From an uncultured Bacteroidaceae bacterium (lineage in GTDB: Bacteria > Bacteroidota > Bacteroidia > Bacteroidales > GCA-2748055): DNA of 64,000 nt. Shown one piece after another: positions 29,472 through 38,733 of this stretch (its first letter is position 1; the number at the start of each line of letters is the position of its first letter). Where the stretch lies: NCBI GenBank assembly GCA_964479445.1, contig CAYZMH010000001.1, positions 11,805-75,804 of the forward strand, read 5' to 3'. The position numbers and the translations under genes were made by a program. The notes under the pieces were generated by a model. The model worked only from the letters and a program-made list of their open reading frames with translations. It was not told the origin of the DNA and ran no database searches.

Positions 29472-30155
29472 CTAATCCTCTCTGAATTCACCGTTTTTTA
29501 ACGCATCAAAAAATTCGGCCCAGCGCATGGGATCAAAAATGGTATAGTAGGGATACTGACCTTCATAATAGAGCTGGTTGTATTGTTGTTTCATCACTTC
29601 CCGGAAATTGATGTTGGGACTGGCGCCCTGTTCATTGATCTTGATCTGGGTCTTGATAAGGGCAATGTTGCGATAAGCCCGCTGCTCATCGTCATCGGGT
29701 AACTCCATCTCAACGAATGCCTGCTTGAACTCTTCGTAAGTTTTCCATGGAAAAACCTTGACTTCTGCAAGCCTGAATGTATCACTAACCATGAAAATAT
29801 CGGATGGATACTGATCAGATTCCAGGGTATCGGGAATAATATGCAGAGTAGGTTTAAATCCAACGTGGCTGAAAAGTATGGTGTCATTGGGTTCTACTAC
29901 GAAAGAGAATAGCCCTCTCTGGTCGGCAGTGGTACCCCGGTCCTTATTCAGGATCACAATATTGACATGCGGAAGAGGCCTGTATTGCAAATCCCGGATC
30001 ATGCCGGAAAACTGGACCAATTCCTCGTCTTGTTCATTTCCAAACCATTGCTGTCCACTGGCAGTGGATACACCGCACATGAATACCAATACAAGCAGCA
30101 ATAAATACCCTATTTTATAACAACACCTCATATAAGCGACCTCAAAAATAGCCAA
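29472..30155 (-). CDS. CarboxypepD_reg-like domain protein (exported)
   Basis: A hydrophobic signal segment (YLLLLVLVFMCGVSTASGQ) is followed by FSGMIRDLQYRPLPHVNIVILNKDRGTTADQRGLFSF. The true start may be the internal ATG at 30131. Confidence 0.6.
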   Translation of the reverse strand: MAIFEVAYMRCCYKIGYLLLLVLVFMCGVSTASGQQWFGNEQDEELVQFSGMIRDLQYRPLPHVNIVILNKDRGTTADQRGLFSFVVEPNDTILFSHVGFKPTLHIIPDTLESDQYPSDIFMVSDTFRLAEVKVFPWKTYEEFKQAFVEMELPDDDEQRAYRNIALIKTQIKINEQGASPNINFREVMKQQYNQLYYEGQYPYYTIFDPMRWAEFFDALKNGEFRED

Positions 30156-30231
30156 AAAAATGAGTAAGAAATGGGATGCTCATTATATAACTCATAATTT
30201 TGTAAAATGTTAACAATTATTAAGAGATCAT

Positions 30232-30642
30232 ATGATTTATCAAAAAGAAATAACCCTGCAAGCAGCCGGTCGTGGGTACCATCTTGTTACAAAAGAAATT
30301 GAAGAGGCGCTGGATGATTTACCGAAAGAGGGCTTGCTGCATGTTTTCATGAAACACACCTCGGCCGGACTTACCCTGAATGAAAATGCTGATCCTTCAG
30401 TTCGAACTGATTTTGAGGGATTTCTCAACCAACTGGTGCCGGAGAATGATCCGGTTTATTCTCATACCCTGGAGGGACCGGATGATATGCCGGCTCACTT
30501 AAAGTCATCATTGCTTGGATCATCTCTCACAATACCTGTTACCGGGGGAAAGCTCAACCTGGGAACCTGGCAGGGCATTTATCTGTGTGAATTCAGGAAT
30601 CACCCGGGAGTAAGAAAGGTTGTACTGACGGTATACAGTTGA
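30232..30642 (+). CDS. yjbQ: YjbQ/UPF0047 family protein (secondary thiamine-phosphate synthase-like)
   Basis: Motifs HTSAGLTLNENADPSVRTD, DDMPAHLKSSLLG and GTWQGIYLCEFR are present. Confidence 0.8.
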   Translation: MIYQKEITLQAAGRGYHLVTKEIEEALDDLPKEGLLHVFMKHTSAGLTLNENADPSVRTDFEGFLNQLVPENDPVYSHTLEGPDDMPAHLKSSLLGSSLTIPVTGGKLNLGTWQGIYLCEFRNHPGVRKVVLTVYS

Positions 30643-30716
30643 TAGATGTTTTAGAATAGTTAGCTGCTCCCCCGTTTTTTAACTAATTTTAAAAGTTAAT
30701 TAAGGAATATCTGCAC

Positions 30717-32318
30717 ATGGAAAAGATCGTATTACTCGGTGATGAAGCGATAGGCCGGGGAGCACTGGACGCAGGACTATCGGGTGTGTATGCTTACCCC
30801 GGCACCCCCTCCACAGAAATTACGGAATATATACAACAACAAAAAGATGCACAGCGTCGCGGAATTCATTCCGATTGGTCGGCTAATGAAAAAACAGCCA
30901 TGGAGGCGGCGCTGGGAATGTCCTATGCAGGCAAACGTGCGATGGTATGCATGAAACATGTGGGACTTAACGTAGCCGCTGACGCATTTATCAACTCAGC
31001 CATAACCGGGGTGAAGGGTGGATTGGTTGTTGTAGTGGCGGATGATCCCTCCATGCATTCTTCACAAAATGAACAGGATTCAAGGTTTTATGCCCGTTTT
31101 TCAATGATCCCGGTCTTTGAACCGGCAAACCAGCAAGAGTGTTATGATTTTACATACCAGGCATTTAAAAGCTCTGAGGAGTTTGGCCTGCCTGTAATGA
31201 TACGTATAACCACCAGGCTGGCCCATTCCCGCTCCGGTGTGACCCGAAATAAGATAATACCTCAAAATCAGTTGGAGTTACCGGATGACCCCACTCAGTT
31301 CATTCTGCTTCCTGCTTTTGCGCGAAAAAGGTATCGTGGGCTCCTGGATAAGCAACCTGATCTGGAAAAAGCATCAGAAGAATCAGGATTTAACCGGTAT
31401 AAGGAAGGATCTGATCACTCCAGGGGAATCATCGCCTGTGGGATAGCCTATAACTATTACCAGGAGGTGGCCCGCAAAAATCAATTGGATTACCCGGTAC
31501 TCAAGGTGGCTCAATACCCGGTCCCTGTGAATACAATCCAACAAATGGCTGACGAAAATGAAAGTTTGGTGATATTTGAGGAGGGATATCCCATTATTGA
31601 AGAGTTGTTGAAGGGTCAATTAAAAAGCCTTTATAGAATACATGGACGGCTGGACGGAACACTGCCACGCGATGGAGAGTTGCATCCGGCTCTGATAATG
31701 AAGGCAATGGGCATCGAGTACCAGGAGGGTGGAGAAGTGCCTTCTGTGGTTGTAAACCGACCCCCGGCTCTGTGCAAAGGATGTAGCCATATTGACATGT
31801 ACAATGCCCTTAACGCTGCTCTGCAGCCTTTCAGTCCGGGAAGAGTCTTTTCCGATATCGGGTGTTATACCCTTGGAGCTTTACCCCCGTATAATGCGAT
31901 CAATTCATGTGTTGATATGGGAGCCTCTGTAACCATGGCCAAAGGGGCAGCAGATGCAGGACTATTTCCCTCGGTAGCCGTCATTGGTGATTCCACATTC
32001 ACCCATTCAGGAATGACGGGCCTGTTGGATGCCGTTATCGAAAATACTCCTGTAACCGTTATCATTTCAGATAATTCCACTACAGGAATGACAGGCGGAC
32101 AGGATTCGCATGCGACAGACCGGTTGATTGAAATATGCCGGGGACTTGGCGTAGAGCCAGACCATATAATAACCATTAATCCACTAAAGAAATTTCATGA
32201 ACAGAATACGGAACTAATAAGCAATGAACTAAACTATAGAGGAGTTTCCGTGATACTATCCAGAAGGGAGTGCATTCAAACCCTTGCAAGGAAGAAAAAA
32301 GCTGCAAAATCAACCTGA
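30717..32318 (+). CDS. iorA: indolepyruvate:ferredoxin oxidoreductase, alpha subunit
   Basis: It has a TPP-enzyme N-terminus (GDEAIGRGALDAGLSGVYAYPGTPSTEI) and a GDSTFTHSG TPP-binding motif, and it is paired with iorB. Confidence 0.8.
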   Translation: MEKIVLLGDEAIGRGALDAGLSGVYAYPGTPSTEITEYIQQQKDAQRRGIHSDWSANEKTAMEAALGMSYAGKRAMVCMKHVGLNVAADAFINSAITGVKGGLVVVVADDPSMHSSQNEQDSRFYARFSMIPVFEPANQQECYDFTYQAFKSSEEFGLPVMIRITTRLAHSRSGVTRNKIIPQNQLELPDDPTQFILLPAFARKRYRGLLDKQPDLEKASEESGFNRYKEGSDHSRGIIACGIAYNYYQEVARKNQLDYPVLKVAQYPVPVNTIQQMADENESLVIFEEGYPIIEELLKGQLKSLYRIHGRLDGTLPRDGELHPALIMKAMGIEYQEGGEVPSVVVNRPPALCKGCSHIDMYNALNAALQPFSPGRVFSDIGCYTLGALPPYNAINSCVDMGASVTMAKGAADAGLFPSVAVIGDSTFTHSGMTGLLDAVIENTPVTVIISDNSTTGMTGGQDSHATDRLIEICRGLGVEPDHIITINPLKKFHEQNTELISNELNYRGVSVILSRRECIQTLARKKKAAKST

Positions 32319-32452
32319 GATCATAACCTGATCTTTTATTTAATGCAGGATGAAATAGGAAATAATATGTAACAATTAGCTTATAGAACCTTGGAAAAGA
32401 AAATGATCTCATGTTCATACGAATTTCGTGAATACCAGTTGTAATCAACAAT

Positions 32453-33034
32453 ATGCGAATGAAAACAGATATAATCTTATCAGGTGTGGGTGGACAGGGT
32501 ATCCTTTCTATCGCTGCCGTTATCGGCACTGCTGCAATTGATGCAAACCTGTTTATGAAACAATCTGAGGTTCATGGAATGAGTCAGCGTGGCGGAGCTG
32601 TACAATCCCACCTGAGAATTTCAGAGCAACCGGTGGAATCAGACCTGATTCCTCACGGTTCTTGTGACCTGATCCTCTCGGTTGAACCCATGGAATCTCT
32701 TCGTTATTTACCTTATCTATCGGTGAAAGGATGGGTGATTACCAATGTGAATCCTCTAAAGAATATCTACAACTACCCGGATGAAGAGGATCTTTTTAAA
32801 ACTATTAAAGATTTGTCCAACCACAGGATGATCGATGCCGACAAGATTGCTCATGAAATAGGTACACGTAAAGTGTCCAATATGGTAATGCTCGGGGCAG
32901 CCTCTGATAAGATTGGACTCTCGCGGGAACAATTAAAAAAGAGCATCCAAAAAATATTTACACGAAAAGGACAGGATATTATTGATTTAAATCTCCGTGC
33001 TTTTGATCAGGGTAGGAATGCAGTGGCAAAATAA
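32453..33034 (+). CDS. iorB: indolepyruvate:ferredoxin oxidoreductase, beta subunit
   Basis: It has a gamma-domain type motif, GVGGQGILSIAAVIG..EVHGMSQRGGAV. Confidence 0.8.
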   Translation: MRMKTDIILSGVGGQGILSIAAVIGTAAIDANLFMKQSEVHGMSQRGGAVQSHLRISEQPVESDLIPHGSCDLILSVEPMESLRYLPYLSVKGWVITNVNPLKNIYNYPDEEDLFKTIKDLSNHRMIDADKIAHEIGTRKVSNMVMLGAASDKIGLSREQLKKSIQKIFTRKGQDIIDLNLRAFDQGRNAVAK

Positions 33035-33068
33035 AAAAATAGTTTGTAAATTTAGATGAATCATCTCA

Positions 33069-34598
33069 ATGCCTATGTTTAGTGAATCTGATCTTCAGCA
33101 TTTTGCAGAGAAAAATATCTCCAGGGAAGAGATAGAATACCAGCTCATGAAGTTTCGTAACGGGTTTCTGCCGGCAGATATTGTAAAACCCGCAACCATA
33201 GGTAACGGGATAAGGGTCTTTTCCAAAGAGGATAAAGATATGTTGAAGGAGCGTTTCGATAAAGGGACAGAATCAATAGAGCTTAAACGGTTTATTCCCG
33301 CTTCGGGAGCAGCATCCCGAATGTTTAAAGATCTTTTTAATTCCTATGAAGAGCTGAGGTTGATGAATTACCCGGATCAGACACAATGGGTAAAGGAACA
33401 CCCGGAATTACAGCAGTTCTTTGATCAGCTCGAATCCTATCCTTTTAAGGATGAACTGGAATTGACCGGAAGTGAATCTCATGCGGAGCTCCTTGAATTG
33501 CTGTTGACCCCCGGAAAACTGAATTATGGAAATTTGCCCAAGGGATTGCTAACTTTTCACTCCTATGCAGATCGAAGCAGAACAGCAATGGAGGAGCATT
33601 TGAGGGAGGCAGCATCCTATTGCAGGAATGGAGATGTCGTGCCATTGCACTTAACGATATCGCCCGAACATCAGGCTATGTTTCATGAAAAGTTGTTCGA
33701 GATTCAAGCTGACCTTGAAGTAGAATTAGGAGTAAGTTTTGATGTCTCTTTCTCATTTCAACGATCTTCTACCGATACCCTGGCAGTTGATCTGAATAAT
33801 GAACCTTTCAGGGATTCTCAGGGCAGGCTGGTATTCAGACCTGGAGGCCATGGAGCCCTGCTCGAAAACCTTAATGGAATGACTGCTGATCAGGTTTTTA
33901 TCAGCAACATTGATAATGTGGCAATTGATCAGAAAAAACCGGTAAGGGTCAATTACAAAAAAATATTGTCAGGACTCTTAACCAAATTGCGCAGTGAATC
34001 CTTTGCTTACCTGGAGGCCTTAAAAAAGCCAGAAGGTTCGAATGACACCTTTTTTAAAGAACTCTTTCATTGGATGCAGGAGCAACTTATGCAACCGGTT
34101 CCAAACCTAGTTCAGGAGGGCTCGCCTGAATATAAACGCAACTGGTGCATGGATCTTCTCGACAGACCCATACGAGTTTGCGGAATGGTGCGAAATGAAG
34201 GACAACCGGGAGGAGGTCCATTCTACGTCAGGAATAGTCAGGGAGAGGTTAGTCTTCAAATAGTGGAAGCATCACAGATCGATACGAGCAACCCTGAAAA
34301 AAAGCATATTATGGAACAATCAACCCATTTCAATCCGGTTGATATGGTATGCAGTTTTCGAAAAGCCGATGGGAGTAATTATAACCTAATGGAATTCAGG
34401 GATCCGGAAACAGGATTCATTTCAAAAAAATCCATGCAGGGAAAAGCTCTGAAAGCTTTGGAACTGCCCGGACTCTGGAATGGGGCCATGGCCGGGTGGA
34501 TTACGGTATTTGTGGAAGTGCCTATCTCTACTTTCTCACCTGTAAAGACGGTTTTTGACTTGTTAAACCCGGAGCATCAACCGGTGAGCAAGGGTTAA
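33069..34598 (+). CDS. DUF4301-like protein of about 509 aa, possible sugar-nucleotide pyrophosphorylase fold
   Basis: I recall this size and sequence as the Bacteroidota DUF4301 family. The motifs IPASGAASRMFK and RPGGHGALLENLN resemble UGPase/UAP-type nucleotidyltransferase motifs. That resemblance is my inference. Confidence 0.5.
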   Translation: MPMFSESDLQHFAEKNISREEIEYQLMKFRNGFLPADIVKPATIGNGIRVFSKEDKDMLKERFDKGTESIELKRFIPASGAASRMFKDLFNSYEELRLMNYPDQTQWVKEHPELQQFFDQLESYPFKDELELTGSESHAELLELLLTPGKLNYGNLPKGLLTFHSYADRSRTAMEEHLREAASYCRNGDVVPLHLTISPEHQAMFHEKLFEIQADLEVELGVSFDVSFSFQRSSTDTLAVDLNNEPFRDSQGRLVFRPGGHGALLENLNGMTADQVFISNIDNVAIDQKKPVRVNYKKILSGLLTKLRSESFAYLEALKKPEGSNDTFFKELFHWMQEQLMQPVPNLVQEGSPEYKRNWCMDLLDRPIRVCGMVRNEGQPGGGPFYVRNSQGEVSLQIVEASQIDTSNPEKKHIMEQSTHFNPVDMVCSFRKADGSNYNLMEFRDPETGFISKKSMQGKALKALELPGLWNGAMAGWITVFVEVPISTFSPVKTVFDLLNPEHQPVSKG

Positions 34599-34693
34599 TC
34601 CCGTGAGCCCGTATTCAAAGAGGGAAGAGAAATGATTGGGAAATAAAATGGTTTACGGTTTTTTTTTACCTTTATTGACCAAATAAATAACCT

Positions 34694-35395
34694 ATGAATT
34701 GGAGTGATTATAAACTTCTTCTTGTAGATGATGAGAAGGATATATTGGAGTTTTTAAGTTACAACCTTCATAATGAGGGTTTTGTGATATATAAAGCTAC
34801 CAATGGCAAGGAGGCATTGAAGATTGCACGTCAGGTGAAACCTCATTTGGTATTGTTGGACGTAATGATGCCAGAAATGGATGGGATAGAGACCTGTGAA
34901 GAGATTAGAAAAATCCCTGAAATGGAATCCACCCTTGTAGCTTTTCTTACTGCACGGGGAGAAGATTATTCGCAAATAGCAGGTTTTGAAGCGGGGGGTG
35001 ATGACTACATCACGAAGCCTGTTAAACCCAAAGTATTGGTTAGCAAAATAAAAGCCCTGCTGAAACGCACGAAAACCGACCCTGAATCGCAAGGCAAAAG
35101 TCTTTCTGATCATCAAATAGTTTCAGGGGATTTGATAATCGATAAAGAAAGATACCTGATCATTCTAAAGGGCGAGGAGGTTTTTTTTCCCCGTAAAGAA
35201 TTTGAGTTGCTTTCCCTTCTGATTTCAAAACCTGAGAAGGTATTCTCCCGTGAAGAGATCTTTGACCGGATCTGGGGAGAAAACATTGTAGTTGGCGATC
35301 GTACCATTGATGTCCATATACGAAAGCTGCGGGAAAAATTAGGTGATAAATATATAAAAACAGTTAAAGGGATTGGATACAAATACGTGAGATAG
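34694..35395 (+). CDS. OmpR/PhoB-family response regulator (orphan), paralog 1
   Basis: The receiver has LLLVDDE, LVLLDVMMPEMDG (acceptor Asp) and YITKP. A winged-helix output domain follows (RTIDVHIRKLREKLG..IKTVKGIGYKY). Confidence 0.9.
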   Translation: MNWSDYKLLLVDDEKDILEFLSYNLHNEGFVIYKATNGKEALKIARQVKPHLVLLDVMMPEMDGIETCEEIRKIPEMESTLVAFLTARGEDYSQIAGFEAGGDDYITKPVKPKVLVSKIKALLKRTKTDPESQGKSLSDHQIVSGDLIIDKERYLIILKGEEVFFPRKEFELLSLLISKPEKVFSREEIFDRIWGENIVVGDRTIDVHIRKLREKLGDKYIKTVKGIGYKYVR

Positions 35396-35435
35396 AGAGT
35401 ATCCGGACTGATTTGATTTCCTCTATTTCTCCTAA

Positions 35436-37694
35436 TTATTTTAAGTCGCCCACCGCTTTCCGTTGAATTGATGCGTTGAGTTCCTTGCTCGATCTTAACA
35501 ATTCCACTATCTGAAGAAGTAAAGTCTTGGTCTCTGTAAGCATCTCAATATAGGTCATGCTGACCTTGGTTCCTTTCTGCTTCTTCTTAAGGATTTTTAT
35601 CCTGTTTCGAATGATAGTGTTAATCAGACTGATCATATCATCCCGTTTTCCAACAAGTTCATCAAGTTTTTCATAATCTTGCTTCTGGAGCAGGGTCAGG
35701 GTAAAATTGAAGAATTCACTAACCTGCTCATTGAAACGCAGTAATTCTTTGCTCTGCTCCTTATCCAGGGGATGATTATTATTGATGTGATTATATGCCG
35801 TTCGTATAATGTGATAAAGGGAATTTGAAGACTCTTTGAGATGATCAACCAAAAGGACATAGTGGTGGCCTGTTTCGATCTCATTCTCTTTAAAGGTTTT
35901 TAATGTACCAGGCAACCCCTCCTTTATCTCGTCAATGGATTTATTCAGCTTTTTGGACTGCTTTCTGATTGATTTCAGCTCATTTCTATGCTCCTGAGAA
36001 AAACTGTGATAGGCAAGAAAGAGAAGTTTTGATATTTGAATGACGGAACTCTTTACCTCCTGTTCGCAATTATTTAAAACCTGCACGCTTTCAGTAACAC
36101 TGCTCGCCTCTTTCTTCTTATCTGCCAGGGCTACCCGCTTTCTGTGAAGTGCGTGCGTTCGGAAAACAACGAAAATGGCCAGCGCGATCATCACCAGTAT
36201 GACCGGCAGTTTCCCGAAGTAGATGATCGTTGCAATTATGAAAGAGGCTGAAAATGCACTAAAAGCTGTGAAAAACCATCCTCCGACTACTGTGAGTACT
36301 CCGGTGATCCTGTAAACGGCACTTTCTCGTCCCCATGCACCGTCTGATAACGACGTTCCCATTGCCACCATAAAGGTGACATAGGTAGTGGATAGGGGTA
36401 ATTTCAGTGATGTACCGAATGCTATTAAAATACTGGCAACAACCAGGTTGACAGAAGCTCTTACAAGATCAAAAGCCAGGCTTTCTTCATTGGCTTTTCC
36501 CTGTTCCTCCTCCTGTGCAAAACGCGATTTCAAAATACGTTTTATCCGCCCGGGAATGATGCGATCAAAAAACGTACTGATCTCCACCGAACGCCGAACC
36601 AGGAATCTCGCCAGGAGCGTGGACTGAAACCTCTCGGAGCCTTCTCCCTGCCGACTCAGGTCTATGGTAGTGGCGGTTACTGACTTGGCTTTTCTGGATA
36701 GTCGCAGCGTGATAACCATTATTAATCCGGCAGCAATCAGGAAATAGATGGGCGTATTTACCGGTTTGGCAAGGGCGGACATAAAGAATCCGGAAGGATC
36801 TGACATGCCCGATGCAGCAAACGCTTTAAAGGATTCGTAACCGGCCAGAGGTACTCCGATAAAATTTACAAGATCGTTTCCGGCAAATGCCATGGCCAGG
36901 GCAAAAGTGCCTATTAAAACGGTGATTTTGAGTACACTGAAACGGGAGAAGAGCAATAATAGCTGAAAAATAATGGTAAATGCAATCAGGCTCACCAGTA
37001 AAATGGAACCGGTATTGGTTACAATAAATGCATGTGCCTCATCGGTAACAAGGGTAGATCCTTTGGCTCCTTTTATCAAAAGGAAATAGAAAATGGCCGT
37101 TATGGAGATACCACCCCATAATCCACCCCAGTATTTCAGGGTTTTACCAACCCGGAATGTGAATGCAAGTCTTACCAGCCATTGAACGATCATTCCCACC
37201 GTAAAAGCAATTATGACAGATAAAAATATCCCGGCAATAATACCCAGGGCCCGATCGGTATTAATGTAATTCACCATGCTTTCTGCACCCTCTCCGGCAG
37301 CCCTGATCTTGTATAAAGCTACAGCCACAGAAGCCCCAAGAAGTTCAAAAACAATGGATACTGTTGTGGATGTGGGAAGCCCCATTGTGTTAAAGAAATC
37401 AAGTAGCAGAATGTCTGTCATCATTACAGCCAAAAAAAGCACCATGATCTCATCAAAACTGAATTGTGATGGATGAAAAACTCCTTTTCGGGCCACTTCC
37501 ATCATTCCGTTGGAGAAAGATGCACCTATAATCACCCCTATTGCGGCAATGAGAATGATAACCCTGAAAGATGCTGCCCTGGAACCAATCGCTGAGTTTA
37601 GAAAGTTAACTGCATCATTACTAACGCCTACAATCAGATCGGAAATGGCAAGAAAAAACAGTACTGCAACGATCAATATGTAATATGACTCCAT
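35436..37694 (-). CDS. PiT family inorganic phosphate transporter fused to a C-terminal PhoU-like helical domain (752 aa)
   Basis: PHO4-type repeats are present (GVSNDAVNFLNSAIG and FAGNDLVNFIGVPL; GTSLSDGAWG) with about 12 TM helices. They are followed by about 220 aa of charged helical sequence. Confidence 0.8.
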   Translation of the reverse strand: MESYYILIVAVLFFLAISDLIVGVSNDAVNFLNSAIGSRAASFRVIILIAAIGVIIGASFSNGMMEVARKGVFHPSQFSFDEIMVLFLAVMMTDILLLDFFNTMGLPTSTTVSIVFELLGASVAVALYKIRAAGEGAESMVNYINTDRALGIIAGIFLSVIIAFTVGMIVQWLVRLAFTFRVGKTLKYWGGLWGGISITAIFYFLLIKGAKGSTLVTDEAHAFIVTNTGSILLVSLIAFTIIFQLLLLFSRFSVLKITVLIGTFALAMAFAGNDLVNFIGVPLAGYESFKAFAASGMSDPSGFFMSALAKPVNTPIYFLIAAGLIMVITLRLSRKAKSVTATTIDLSRQGEGSERFQSTLLARFLVRRSVEISTFFDRIIPGRIKRILKSRFAQEEEQGKANEESLAFDLVRASVNLVVASILIAFGTSLKLPLSTTYVTFMVAMGTSLSDGAWGRESAVYRITGVLTVVGGWFFTAFSAFSASFIIATIIYFGKLPVILVMIALAIFVVFRTHALHRKRVALADKKKEASSVTESVQVLNNCEQEVKSSVIQISKLLFLAYHSFSQEHRNELKSIRKQSKKLNKSIDEIKEGLPGTLKTFKENEIETGHHYVLLVDHLKESSNSLYHIIRTAYNHINNNHPLDKEQSKELLRFNEQVSEFFNFTLTLLQKQDYEKLDELVGKRDDMISLINTIIRNRIKILKKKQKGTKVSMTYIEMLTETKTLLLQIVELLRSSKELNASIQRKAVGDLK

Positions 37695-37893
37695 CTATTG
37701 CTTTTCTAAATTTTATACCTCAAAAATAGATTTATTCAGCAAGCTTAATATTAATCTTATGTTAAGTTAAAGTAAACCCAACCTTATGTACTTATTCTGA
37801 TCCATACTAAGATTCTTCCAAAGATAACAGTCAGTTAACGATTAGTTAAATGCATCAAATTAGTTTAGCATTGAGATTAATTCCAATGGGATA

Positions 37894-38598
37894 ATGGACG
37901 AAACAAAACAAAAGATACTGGTTGTTGACGATGAGGAGGACATTCTGGAGTTTATTTCCTATAACCTAAAGAAAGAAGGTTACCAGGTGGTTACGGCAAA
38001 AGACGGGAGGCTGGCCATTGAACAGGTGAAAAAACACAAGCCACGCCTGATCCTGCTTGATGTGATGATGCCCGAGATAGATGGAATTGAAGTATGCGAA
38101 GAAATACGGCAGACTCCGGAGATCAGCAATACAGTGATAGCCCTGATTACAGCGCGATCAGAAAGCTATAGCCAGATAGCGGGTTTTGAAGCGGGTGCCG
38201 ATGACTATATTACCAAACCCATCAGACCCAGGGTGCTGATGAGCAGAATCAGGGCGCTTCTTAAACGATATTCATACACCCTTCAGGACCGGGAAACGTT
38301 AAGCCCAGTCCCCAGGGAACTGGGAAATCTGGTGATAGATATTGAAAAACACCTGGTTAAAGTAAATGGAAATGTTTTAGAGCTTCCCAAAAAAGAGTTT
38401 AGCCTGCTTTCCCTCCTTACCTCCCGGCCATCCCGGGTTTTTACCCGCCAGGAAATATATAATTCTGTCTGGGGTTCAGATGTATACGTATGTGACAGAA
38501 CCATAGATGTATACATACGAAAACTTCGTGAAAAGATAGGTAAGGATCGGATTCGCACCATAAAAGGGGTCGGATACCGATTCGAGGCAAGGGGCTGA
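37894..38598 (+). CDS. OmpR/PhoB-family response regulator (orphan), paralog 2
   Basis: It has the same architecture as 34694..35395. By hand alignment the receiver domains are roughly 60 percent identical. Confidence 0.9.
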   Translation: MDETKQKILVVDDEEDILEFISYNLKKEGYQVVTAKDGRLAIEQVKKHKPRLILLDVMMPEIDGIEVCEEIRQTPEISNTVIALITARSESYSQIAGFEAGADDYITKPIRPRVLMSRIRALLKRYSYTLQDRETLSPVPRELGNLVIDIEKHLVKVNGNVLELPKKEFSLLSLLTSRPSRVFTRQEIYNSVWGSDVYVCDRTIDVYIRKLREKIGKDRIRTIKGVGYRFEARG

Positions 38599-38733
38599 AC
38601 GTTTTCTCTTCCTTTGCGCATAGCTGTTTTTTTGTTTACTTGTGTTAAAATATTTCTTACTTTTATTCGTAAAAGGGAGTTTTAAATGCTCTGTTTTTAC
38701 GATCTCCTAATGTATTTGTAAAAAAACAGGAAA

